Source of the DNA: an uncultured Bdellovibrionales bacterium
Lineage (GTDB): Bacteria; Patescibacteriota; Minisyncoccia; Moranbacterales; UBA1568
Length of the DNA stretch: 64,000 nt
Direction of reading: 5' to 3'
Assembly: GCA_964459475.1 (NCBI GenBank)
Contig: CAYWLN010000001.1
Location: 6,137 to 70,136, forward strand
A program made the position numbers and the translations under genes. The notes beneath the pieces are model-generated. The model was not told the origin of the DNA. It made no database searches and saw only the letters and a program-made list of their open reading frames with translations. Of the stretch, positions 1-7,931 are shown one piece after another (position 1 is the stretch's first letter; each line of letters starts with the position of its first letter).

Positions 1-1
1 G

Positions 2-1087
2 AAAGAAGCGGGTTATATCACGAGTGTATTTCATAGTGGTGCGAAAGTGTATATAGATGTTCCTAACCAAGAAACGATTTTTTCACTCTGCACCAAAAGC
101 CTTACGCTTTACCATCAACGCTTTCGGCAGGTTGCACCAGAAAAATTAGCCGTTGATAAGCTTACTGATGAACAGGTTGAAAATCTTCATAGAATACTCG
201 AAATTGTTACCATCAGGCTTTCGATGAGCCGTCCTCCTCATATCATATACATTCCTCTTCAGCATTTCCCTGGCGAAATTCAGCCTTCGGATATTCTTGG
301 ACTTTTATATAAATCTGACAAAGATTTCCATATTCTGCGGTTCACTAAAATCGTTGGAGAAAAAGTTGCTGAGCAGGAAGCGGAAATCCGTATCAAAGAT
401 GAAAAAATGGAAAAAGCCTTGAGCGATTTCCGAAAAACCATAGAAGACCGCTATCTGAAAATCATCGAAAAACGAAAACAGGAACCAGCTCCCAAACCGC
501 AACCCAGGAAGGAGCCTCTCGAAGTCATTATCCGCGAAGGTTCAAAAATTGCTATTGAAAAAGCAGAGGAAGAAAAGAAACATCAGTTCCCACATAAGCT
601 ACCCCGAGGCACGAAATGGGAGAACATCACCATAAAATTTCTTGATGATGATACTGTCCACATCTCTACTAAAGGCAAAGAACATAGTCCGAGCTTCAAA
701 GATATGGGACTTGAAGGAAAGGGCGGGAAACCAAGTGTGCTTTGGATATTTCTCCGTGTTCTCGCAATGTATTCTGGAGAAATAAAGTCGAGTGACGATA
801 AAAAAGACGATAGCTATAAGAAGCAAAAGCAATCTCTGTCAGAAGCTCTGGAATGCTATTTTGGGCTTGATTTTGACCCCTTTTACCCTTTCCAGACAGA
901 TAAATCATACAGAGTGAAATTTACACTCCTACCCCCTGATAATGGCTTCACATTTGAAAAGAAAAGAAAGACAAATCTTCTTGAAAAACCCGTGAAAAAC
1001 AGTCCATTTGATGACCTCGGCTCCTATATGGGAGAAGTTGCCCCCGTAGTGGCACAGACGGAAGCCGTCTCTTCTGACGAGCGGTGA
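2..1087 (+). CDS. Hypothetical island protein, 5'-partial (possible C-terminal winged-helix)
   Basis: Frame is open from the window edge (base 2) to TGA at 1087. No recognisable catalytic motif. Lies in the integrative element. Confidence 0.75.
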   Translation, partial: KEAGYITSVFHSGAKVYIDVPNQETIFSLCTKSLTLYHQRFRQVAPEKLAVDKLTDEQVENLHRILEIVTIRLSMSRPPHIIYIPLQHFPGEIQPSDILGLLYKSDKDFHILRFTKIVGEKVAEQEAEIRIKDEKMEKALSDFRKTIEDRYLKIIEKRKQEPAPKPQPRKEPLEVIIREGSKIAIEKAEEEKKHQFPHKLPRGTKWENITIKFLDDDTVHISTKGKEHSPSFKDMGLEGKGGKPSVLWIFLRVLAMYSGEIKSSDDKKDDSYKKQKQSLSEALECYFGLDFDPFYPFQTDKSYRVKFTLLPPDNGFTFEKKRKTNLLEKPVKNSPFDDLGSYMGEVAPVVAQTEAVSSDER

Positions 1088-1123
1088 AATATCATTGGAA
1101 ACTCGTCCCGCAATATCTTCTTG

Positions 1124-1155
1124 AAAAGTCCCTCTAACAAGGGATTTTTTCTTTT
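1124..1155 (+). terminator. Rho-independent terminator
   Basis: AAAAGTCCCT-loop-AGGGATTTTT followed by a T-run just after the 1087 stop. Confidence 0.65.
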
Positions 1156-1244
1156 ATACGCCCCGAGAGGGTGAATTTCGCCATATCTCTGTAGGAGCTC
1201 TCCAAATCCAATCGCGATTGGTAATCATCCATAAATGAAACTTT

Positions 1245-1532
1245 ATGATTATCAAACATTTGAAGGAGACGAAGGAATTGTCGCAAGAAGCGAAGTATGC
1301 CACTACAGACCTTGGTTTGGCTTCTTCTCTCGTGGCTCTAGGGTATGAACTGCATACTCTGGAACGCACCGTAAACCCGAAAAAAGCTCGGTTCATATTT
1401 CGGCGTGTCCCAACCATTGAAACCAGTGCTACCAATTATTGGAACGACCACTTGGAGCTCAATGCACGGACACTCTTTGACAGCCAGAAAATGATAAAGA
1501 ACCGCCTCTATTCGGATGAAAGCGTATGTTGA
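1245..1532 (+). CDS. DUF5659-like small protein of CPR/Firmicutes mobile elements
   Basis: TTDLGLASSLVALGYEL...F.F...YWN...LFDSQKMIKNRLY pattern; located in an integrase module. Confidence 0.65.
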   Translation: MIIKHLKETKELSQEAKYATTDLGLASSLVALGYELHTLERTVNPKKARFIFRRVPTIETSATNYWNDHLELNARTLFDSQKMIKNRLYSDESVC

Positions 1533-1699
1533 GCATTGAAGAAACCAGACGACTTCTGGATGATGAAACGCTCACGGATGCAGAAGTAACCGAAATCAGA
1601 GACTCTTTCCAAATCCTCGGCGAAATCATCTTTGAGCAGTGGCTTTCCGAAAGGAGAGCTCCTGCTCAAGACGGCGAACCTCCAGCCATAAAGGAGTAG
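1526..1699 (+). CDS. 57-aa acidic helical protein (MLSIEETRRLLDDETLTDAEVTEIRDSFQILGEIIFEQWL...), not in the ORF track
   Basis: ATG at 1526 overlaps the TGA of the upstream gene (translational coupling); TAG at 1697-1699. Confidence 0.65.
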   Translation: MLSIEETRRLLDDETLTDAEVTEIRDSFQILGEIIFEQWLSERRAPAQDGEPPAIKE

Positions 1700-1727
1700 C
1701 CGAATTGAAATCCATAATTACGCTTAT

Positions 1728-2129
1728 ATGAAACGAAGATACAATCCGAGACTCATCACGTCTCGCCATAGCTACACCCCCGAAGAAATAGCCCTGCTCT
1801 TTGGCATCAACAAGAAAACTGTTTTCCGATGGCTAGCAAATGGATTGCCACCACTTGAGAAGCATACGAGACCGCTTCTCATTATGGGCGATGAGCTCCG
1901 ACACTACCTCACGCAGAAGAAACAGAAACGGAAAGTAAGCCTCAAAGAAAACGAGTTTTTCTGTTTCAAATGCAAGAAGGCGACCCGAGCAAAATCAGGA
2001 ACAGAGAAGATGGTTCCCACTGGCAATAGAATTGGGAAGGATGCACGGGAACAATTCTTCCGAAGGGGAAAATGCGAACGATGCGGGACAGAGGTAAACT
2101 GTCTCGCACGATACTCCCAAAGGGACTAA
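1728..2129 (+). CDS. Excisionase-like HTH protein with C-terminal zinc ribbon
   Basis: YTPEEIALLFGINKKTVFRWL..GL HTH_17/MerR-like motif; CFKC...CERC; directly upstream of an integrase. Confidence 0.8.
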   Translation: MKRRYNPRLITSRHSYTPEEIALLFGINKKTVFRWLANGLPPLEKHTRPLLIMGDELRHYLTQKKQKRKVSLKENEFFCFKCKKATRAKSGTEKMVPTGNRIGKDAREQFFRRGKCERCGTEVNCLARYSQRD

Positions 2130-2189
2130 TGTAATCCCTTTCATCTCTCATAAATGTCCATATAGCCACAACTTATCAATAACGCCTAA

Positions 2190-3329
2190 ATGTATATGTC
2201 AAAATCAAATTACAAGAACGAAATGACGAAGCGAGAGTTCTTCTCCTTCCTCAAAAACTCCGAGCAGTTTTCACCTGACTCTATCATCTGCTTTGAGAAA
2301 GCCCTGCTCTTCTGGGAGGATTTCACCAAGATGGACGATTTCCTCTCCTTTGACGATAAAAAAGCTATCGCCTTCAGGGATTGGCTCAAAAGCAAAAATC
2401 GGAAAGGCTCCGAAAACCCTATCAGCTTGAGCTACTGCTATGACACCCTCCGACGATTGAGGAAATTCTTTGAATGGCTCGCTCAACAGCCCAAGTCAAA
2501 AATCAATTCTACCCATACAAGTTTCCTCAATCTTTCACGGAAAGAAAGCCAGATAGCGACCAGAGCACGGAAAGTAGATGTCCCAGCCTTTGAGGAGGTT
2601 TTGAAGGTTCTTGAGAGTATCAACGGAGAAACCGAGGTGGAAAAACGTGATAGAGCCCTCATTGCCTTCACTCTCCTTACGGGAGCAAGAATTTCTGCCA
2701 TCGTAAGTCTCCGAATGAAGCATTTTGACAGACGGAGGCACGTCATAGAGCAAGACCCTGCTTCTGGAGTGAAAACCAAGTTTTCCAAACAGATAATCAC
2801 CGTGCTATTCCCCTTGCCCGATGAAAAACCTCTTACCTATTTTCTGGAGTGGTTTGACTACCTTGACCAAACACGAGGTTTCTCATCAAACGACCCGATT
2901 TTCCCCGCAACTAAACTAGAGCAGGGAAAGGAAAGTATCAGCTACTACAGTTCAGGAAATGTTGAGCCCCTCTTTTGGAGCAATGCCAGTCCCGCTCGTA
3001 AGATATTTGAAAAACGGTTCAAGGGTGCAGACATTCCCTACTACCACCCACACACCTTCCGTCATCTCATTGTCAAAGAGTTCATCAAGACTCGTCTCAC
3101 CGAAGAAGAAAAGAAGGCTATCAGTCAAAATCTCGGACACGAAGATGTAGGCACGACTTTTGGCTCTTACGGATACGGCAAGATTTCCACTGATAGACAA
3201 ACAGAGCTCGTGCGGAGCATCAGATTTGGGCTACCAGAAACGGAGCAAATCTTTGAAGGAATGAGTGATGCTTCCATAAAAAAGCTCGCTAAAATCCTCA
3301 AAAAAGAGTTGTCAGAACCAGAAAAATGA
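2190..3329 (+). CDS. Tyrosine recombinase/integrase
   Basis: RDRALIAFTLLTGARIS (catalytic R), KTK, HTFRH, LGH and GSYG (catalytic Y). Confidence 0.93.
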   Translation: MYMSKSNYKNEMTKREFFSFLKNSEQFSPDSIICFEKALLFWEDFTKMDDFLSFDDKKAIAFRDWLKSKNRKGSENPISLSYCYDTLRRLRKFFEWLAQQPKSKINSTHTSFLNLSRKESQIATRARKVDVPAFEEVLKVLESINGETEVEKRDRALIAFTLLTGARISAIVSLRMKHFDRRRHVIEQDPASGVKTKFSKQIITVLFPLPDEKPLTYFLEWFDYLDQTRGFSSNDPIFPATKLEQGKESISYYSSGNVEPLFWSNASPARKIFEKRFKGADIPYYHPHTFRHLIVKEFIKTRLTEEEKKAISQNLGHEDVGTTFGSYGYGKISTDRQTELVRSIRFGLPETEQIFEGMSDASIKKLAKILKKELSEPEK

Positions 3330-3390
3330 GGCATAATAAATATGCACCCAGCTAGATATTTCATCAAAAGGTTTTATTATTTCGTCCGCC

Positions 3391-3457
3391 CAAAAGGCGG
3401 TTCTGCCGACGAAAAATACCTTTTGGTGTTCTAGTTGGGTGCCAGAACCGCCTTTTG
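3391..3457. repeat. Perfect inverted repeat in the leader of the serine recombinase
   Basis: CAAAAGGCGGTTCTG ... CAGAACCGCCTTTTG (15-bp arms). Confidence 0.85.
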
Positions 3458-3470
3458 AGTATCCAAAATT

Positions 3471-5054
3471 ATGAAAGGAATAATCTATACTCGCGTATCA
3501 AGCGACGAACAAATCAAAGGCACTTCCCTTGATTTCCAAGAGGAGATTTGCCGTAACTATTGTAAAGACCGAGGTATTGAAGTTATGGCTGTTTTCCGAG
3601 AGGAGGGAGCTTCTGCCAAGTCTGCCGACCGCAAAGAGTTCTTGCGAGCCATTGAGCTCTGCCGAAAAAATAAAGGCAAGATGGAAGCGTTTGTGGTTGC
3701 CAAGGTGGACAGGTTTGCGAGAAACACCGAAGACCACTTCTATGTTCGCAAGACGCTTCTTGATTATGGTGTAACCCTTCATTCCGTGACGGAGCCTATC
3801 GGAAACAACCCAACGGAGAAGTTCATAGAAACCGTGCTTGCGGGAAGTGCAGAGTTTGATAATGCCGTTCGTCGTCAGCGTTGCGTGGACGGAATGAGCG
3901 AGAGAATAAATCAAGGTATCTTCCCTTGGAAGCCCCCTATTGGCTACATCTGCGGACAATCCAAGAAACGAGGTGAAAAAAAGACAGAGCCAGACAAGCC
4001 AGACGAAAATATATTCCCTATCATCCAGCGAGGACTAAAAGAATACGCCCGAGGGCAAGTTTCTCAAACAGAGCTTGCTCGGCTTTTCAATGAGTGGGGA
4101 CTTGATAAATATCGTGGGTCTAAAACGAGGGTGCAATTCGTGAGCGGACTCCTTTTCAGACACTTGAATTTCTACGCAGGTATCATTGTCAATCCGTGGG
4201 CGAAGGAAGAAATCAAAGGACTGCATAAGCCGATGATTACAGAGGAAGAACACTATCAAATCCGACAACGAATGGCTGGTAAGGGTGTGAAAATAAACCG
4301 CCATAAGGTAAATCCTGCTTTCCCTTTGCGAAAAACTATCCTCTGCGGAGAGTGCGGTAAGGCTGTAACCGCAAGCGTTTCCCACGGAACTGGTGGGGCA
4401 TATCCCTACTATCACTGTTTCACCAAAGGTTGCCCGATGTATTGCAAGAGTCTCTCGGTTGAAAAAGTCGCCGAAGACTTCGTGAAGAAACTTCAAGAGA
4501 TTGTTCCGAAGAAAAAGTTTATCACGGTCTTCAATGCGACTGTCTTGAGTATATGGAAAGACAAAGGTGGACATTTTGAAGCCGAAGCAAAACGATATGA
4601 AAAAGAAATCACTCTTTTGGAAGCAAAGAGGCAACGGATTTTTGAAATGCGAGAAGACGGCTCCTATACAAAGGAGGAGTTCACGGAACGCAAAGGAGAA
4701 GTTGATAATGAGCTCATAGCCTCTCGTATTTCACGCAGTGAGTCTCGGATAGAGCAATTTGATATGGAAGCCTCTGTAGCGTATGCGGAACGCTACATAA
4801 GCGACCTAGGACGGCAATGGACGGATTTGCCACCACATCTGTATCCTCGGTTCCAAAAACTGGTTTTTCCCGAGGGAATACCCTACACCAAAGGTAAAGG
4901 ATTTGGAACTGCCAAGTTAGGGCTCATCTTTGAGATAAATGAGACTATTGGCAACAAAAAATCCGATTTGGTGGACCTAGGCAGAATCGAACTGCCGTCT
5001 CCACAATGCGAATGTGGCGTCGTACCACTAGACCATAGGCCCAAAAAGGGCTAA
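3471..5054 (+). CDS. Large serine recombinase (resolvase, recombinase, zinc ribbon, coiled coil)
   Basis: YTRVS catalytic Ser, DRFAR, PPIGY, CGECG...YYHC...C. The C-terminus runs through the antisense strand of tRNA-Ala. Confidence 0.95.
   Translation: MKGIIYTRVSSDEQIKGTSLDFQEEICRNYCKDRGIEVMAVFREEGASAKSADRKEFLRAIELCRKNKGKMEAFVVAKVDRFARNTEDHFYVRKTLLDYGVTLHSVTEPIGNNPTEKFIETVLAGSAEFDNAVRRQRCVDGMSERINQGIFPWKPPIGYICGQSKKRGEKKTEPDKPDENIFPIIQRGLKEYARGQVSQTELARLFNEWGLDKYRGSKTRVQFVSGLLFRHLNFYAGIIVNPWAKEEIKGLHKPMITEEEHYQIRQRMAGKGVKINRHKVNPAFPLRKTILCGECGKAVTASVSHGTGGAYPYYHCFTKGCPMYCKSLSVEKVAEDFVKKLQEIVPKKKFITVFNATVLSIWKDKGGHFEAEAKRYEKEITLLEAKRQRIFEMREDGSYTKEEFTERKGEVDNELIASRISRSESRIEQFDMEASVAYAERYISDLGRQWTDLPPHLYPRFQKLVFPEGIPYTKGKGFGTAKLGLIFEINETIGNKKSDLVDLGRIELPSPQCECGVVPLDHRPKKG
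4969..5042 (-). tRNA. tRNA-Ala(CGC)
   Basis: GGGCCTA...CCACA-TT-CGC-AT-TGTGG...GTTCGATTC...TAGGTCC-A-CCA; G3:U70 Ala identity pair. Confidence 0.95.
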
Positions 5055-5063
5055 CAGGGCGCG

Positions 5064-5138
5064 TGCAGCGTTGTACCCCTAAACCACGCCCAAATCTCAC
5101 TCACTCAAGTGAGAAATGTGGCGGACAGGTACAGGCCC
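5064..5138 (-). pseudogene. Divergent 5' half of a tRNA-Ala interrupted by a 45-nt hairpin insert
   Basis: GGGCCTGT[insert 5086-5130]GGTTTAGGGGTACAACGCTGCA versus intact GGGCCTATGGTCTAGTGGTACGACGCCACA. Confidence 0.7.
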
Positions 5139-5151
5139 GGACGCTTGGGTA

Positions 5152-5180
5152 GGATAGCAAATAGCCGGAATGGTATCAAG
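5152..5180 (-). promoter_or_regulatory. Sigma70-type promoter for the tRNA-Ala locus
   Basis: TTGATA-N17-TATCCT on the minus strand just upstream of the half-tRNA. Confidence 0.55.
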
Positions 5181-6321
5181 AAACCTGTGCCGTAAAGCCG
5201 AGTGGTGGCTTCTTGATTCGAGTGAGGAGATACCGTCTCAACTCTTTCCAATCAACTGTTGCTTCACTCAAAATATCTTCATGTAGCAAATGTATCCGCT
5301 CGCTCATACCCAATGCATCGGCGAGAGCGTTTATTGTCCTTGTGTAGTTTAGTACATTGTAGAGTGCATAGACATCCTCTTCGCTCAGCGCTTTTTGGCC
5401 GGTTATATACGAGTACAGAGCCTGCTGACCCCGGAGGAGCATCCCTGTATCAGCACCCGGATAGGCAGCATCAATGAGGAGATACTGCCACGACTCTCCC
5501 GACTTCATAAAGACGACGTTATTTTTTCCTGCGAGATCAAGAAATTCATACGTATCCTGACTGTACTCTATGGCGCGTGAAACAAAATTCGAGAGTGTTT
5601 CCCGAAATTGAGCGTCGGTCTCGGCGAGTACTATCACCTTTTCCAAGGACGGACTTTGAAGACAGCTAGAGAACGTCTTCCGATCAAAGTTTTTTGGTGA
5701 TTCACGATTCAAAACCCACTGATCAGACCCTTGTGAATACAACTCAAGCTCACCTGGGTCATCACTCAACTTCTCTTCTGCATACGAACTCGTAAGATCC
5801 AACAGCGTTTCTCTTTCACGAAGATCAATTGCTTCCTGAATTCTCACAACTACGGGCAAAGTTACACTATCTTGACCTGAAGGAAGTAGGTCTTCATTAT
5901 AAAGGTCTCGAAGAATATGGGCCGGGATTGGGAGATTCATAGTACTCACTCTCTGTCGTGCCATATGTTCACGCCCAAAAAACTCCTCTATGTCAGCCAA
6001 TTTTGCCCGTGCCACGACCGCCTGGTGTCGCAACGTGCGTTCTGCAAGCGCTCCCCCTGAACCCTCTCTACTCTCGACATCATGGAGCGTGGCTACTATC
6101 ATATTGTGTGCCACTTTGAATACAATTTTCTCATGACCAGGTATTGTAAATACCAAATGCTCGCCACCCCGGCCTGCAAATTTTGGGTTATACTCACCGT
6201 ATAAGGCATGATCATCTTTACCTAAATCAAATTTAGGTCGCGGAAGTTCGGCACTTCTCAGAGTCTTAGTCTTCTCTGGTTTAGTGCTCAGATGTGGTTG
6301 TTCGAGAACTTCGAGTGACAT
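5176..6321 (-). CDS. Hypothetical protein with possible protein-kinase-like fold
   Basis: GRGGEHLVF Gly-loop, VFKVA Lys, DLAGKNNV catalytic-loop-like segment, and LID, in kinase order. Confidence 0.55.
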   Translation of the reverse strand: MSLEVLEQPHLSTKPEKTKTLRSAELPRPKFDLGKDDHALYGEYNPKFAGRGGEHLVFTIPGHEKIVFKVAHNMIVATLHDVESREGSGGALAERTLRHQAVVARAKLADIEEFFGREHMARQRVSTMNLPIPAHILRDLYNEDLLPSGQDSVTLPVVVRIQEAIDLRERETLLDLTSSYAEEKLSDDPGELELYSQGSDQWVLNRESPKNFDRKTFSSCLQSPSLEKVIVLAETDAQFRETLSNFVSRAIEYSQDTYEFLDLAGKNNVVFMKSGESWQYLLIDAAYPGADTGMLLRGQQALYSYITGQKALSEEDVYALYNVLNYTRTINALADALGMSERIHLLHEDILSEATVDWKELRRYLLTRIKKPPLGFTAQVS

Positions 6322-6324
6322 AGA

Positions 6325-7422
6325 TCAAGATTTTGTTTCGGTGATATAGGTGGTACTGAGGCCCTGTTCAGCCTGATGGCGCTCGAGCGCGAGATCGATC
6401 AGCCGGGTGAGGAGATCGGTATACGAGAGACCACTCGCTTCCCAGAGCTTGGGATACATGCTGATAGCGGTAAAGCCCGGGAGAGTATTGATCTCATTTA
6501 CCAGTATCTCACCATTTTCGCGCAAGAAAAAGTCTACGCGCGCCAGTCCAGCACACTCAAGGACACGAAAGGCCTGACACGCGATCTCCTGAAATGTTGC
6601 GATCTGCTCCTGAGAGAGTTTGGCCGGGATTTCAAGTCGCGCACCGGCCTCATCGAGGTACTTGGACTCGTAGGTATAAAACTCTTTGGTGGGGATGATT
6701 TCGCCAGGGACCGAGGCCTCTGGATGATCGTTACCAAGAACTGAGACCTCGATCTCGCGCCCGACGACACTCTCTTCGATGAGGACCTTGGTATCGTAGA
6801 GGAAGGCGTCCTTGAGGGCTCGCTCATACCCCTCTTGGTCTTTCACTTTGTGAACCCCGACTGATGAACCAGCATTGGCCGGTTTAACAAACACAGGTGT
6901 CCCGAGTGTTGCTACTACCTCGTCATACGAGGGAATAGTAGCCCGTCGAATGGTGAGAAAGCGTGCGACCGAGATACCAGCATCGCGGAGGAGTCGCTTC
7001 ATCACATCTTTATCCATCCCGATAGCTGAGCCAAGGACCCCTGCCCCGACAAACGGCACTCCCGAGAGTCGAAGGAGCCCCTGGATCGTCCCATTCTCAC
7101 CGGCGCCACCATGTAAGACCGGAAAGATTACATCGAGGGCTTGGCTCGCTTCACCTGACGTTCCAATCTGACCGTGGCTCTCCGGGAGAAACATCACACT
7201 TTCATCGCCCTCTTGTCGGGTGGTGACATCAGTGAGACCACTCTCGAGTGCTCGGGGGTCACGCTCCGGGAGGAACCACTGCCCAGCTCGGTCGATGGCG
7301 ATAAGGACCGGTTCAAATCGGTCCCGGTCCAGACTCTCCAGTACGTTTTTGGCTGACCAGAGTGACACTTCGTGCTCTGTCGACTTGCCACCACAGAGGA
7401 TACCGACGCGGAGTTTTTTCAT
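6325..7422 (-). CDS. ddl: D-alanine--D-alanine ligase
   Basis: GGKSTEHEVS, FPVLHG, GMDKDVMK, FVKPANAGSSVG, NEINTLPGFT. Start reassigned to MKKLRVG. Confidence 0.97.
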   Translation of the reverse strand: MKKLRVGILCGGKSTEHEVSLWSAKNVLESLDRDRFEPVLIAIDRAGQWFLPERDPRALESGLTDVTTRQEGDESVMFLPESHGQIGTSGEASQALDVIFPVLHGGAGENGTIQGLLRLSGVPFVGAGVLGSAIGMDKDVMKRLLRDAGISVARFLTIRRATIPSYDEVVATLGTPVFVKPANAGSSVGVHKVKDQEGYERALKDAFLYDTKVLIEESVVGREIEVSVLGNDHPEASVPGEIIPTKEFYTYESKYLDEAGARLEIPAKLSQEQIATFQEIACQAFRVLECAGLARVDFFLRENGEILVNEINTLPGFTAISMYPKLWEASGLSYTDLLTRLIDLALERHQAEQGLSTTYITETKS

Positions 7423-7430
7423 AACAGTTG

Positions 7431-7462
7431 TTACGTAACGAATTACGTAATTCATTACGTAA
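7431..7462. repeat. Three TTACGTAA palindromic octamers with a 12-bp period
   Basis: Copies at 7431, 7443 and 7455, between the Nudix stop and the ddl start. Confidence 0.9.
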
Positions 7463-7931
7463 TTGAGAGCTCATCCACTTCCTCGACGTGATTCTCGAGG
7501 ACCGAGTCACCTTCACCAAAAAGAAATCGGGTCCGAAACTTCTTGCCGGCGAGAAACACTGGTATCCAGTGGATATCGTCCGGCCACATGGCATCATAGG
7601 GAATAGCATCGGTCGTGAACCACTGGGGACGCATCTCCTCGGTCTCATGTGGCTCGCCCTCCCAAGCAGTGACTCGGTAGACATGAACCTCAAGGATATT
7701 GCCCCGGTCGCGGGCAAATTCAAACTCGTGAATGCCTACTGCTTCCATCTCGGTAATAGCCACCCCTGATTCTTCCAGCGTTTCACGCTTGGCTCCCTCT
7801 TCGATACTTTCCCCTTCCTCAACTTTGCCTCCAAAACCATTCCATCGGCCGGCACCAAAACCACGCTTCTTCATCCCAAGGAGGATGCGATCGTCGCGGA
7901 CAATGAGGCAAAGAGTAAGGATGGTTCTCAT
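7455..7931 (-). CDS. 8-oxo-dGTP diphosphatase (MTH1/NUDT1-like Nudix)
   Basis: KKRGFGAGRWNGFGGKVEEGESIEEGAKRETLEESG Nudix box; EEMRPQWF; MWPDD. Confidence 0.93.
   Translation of the reverse strand: MRTILTLCLIVRDDRILLGMKKRGFGAGRWNGFGGKVEEGESIEEGAKRETLEESGVAITEMEAVGIHEFEFARDRGNILEVHVYRVTAWEGEPHETEEMRPQWFTTDAIPYDAMWPDDIHWIPVFLAGKKFRTRFLFGEGDSVLENHVEEVDELSIT

Larger units (their letters stand above)
1..5042. mobile_element. Right end of an integrative element inserted at tRNA-Ala; left boundary is outside the window
   Basis: Two recombinases, an Xis-like HTH and an AT-richer composition that ends at a tRNA 3' end overlapped by the integrase. Confidence 0.8.
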
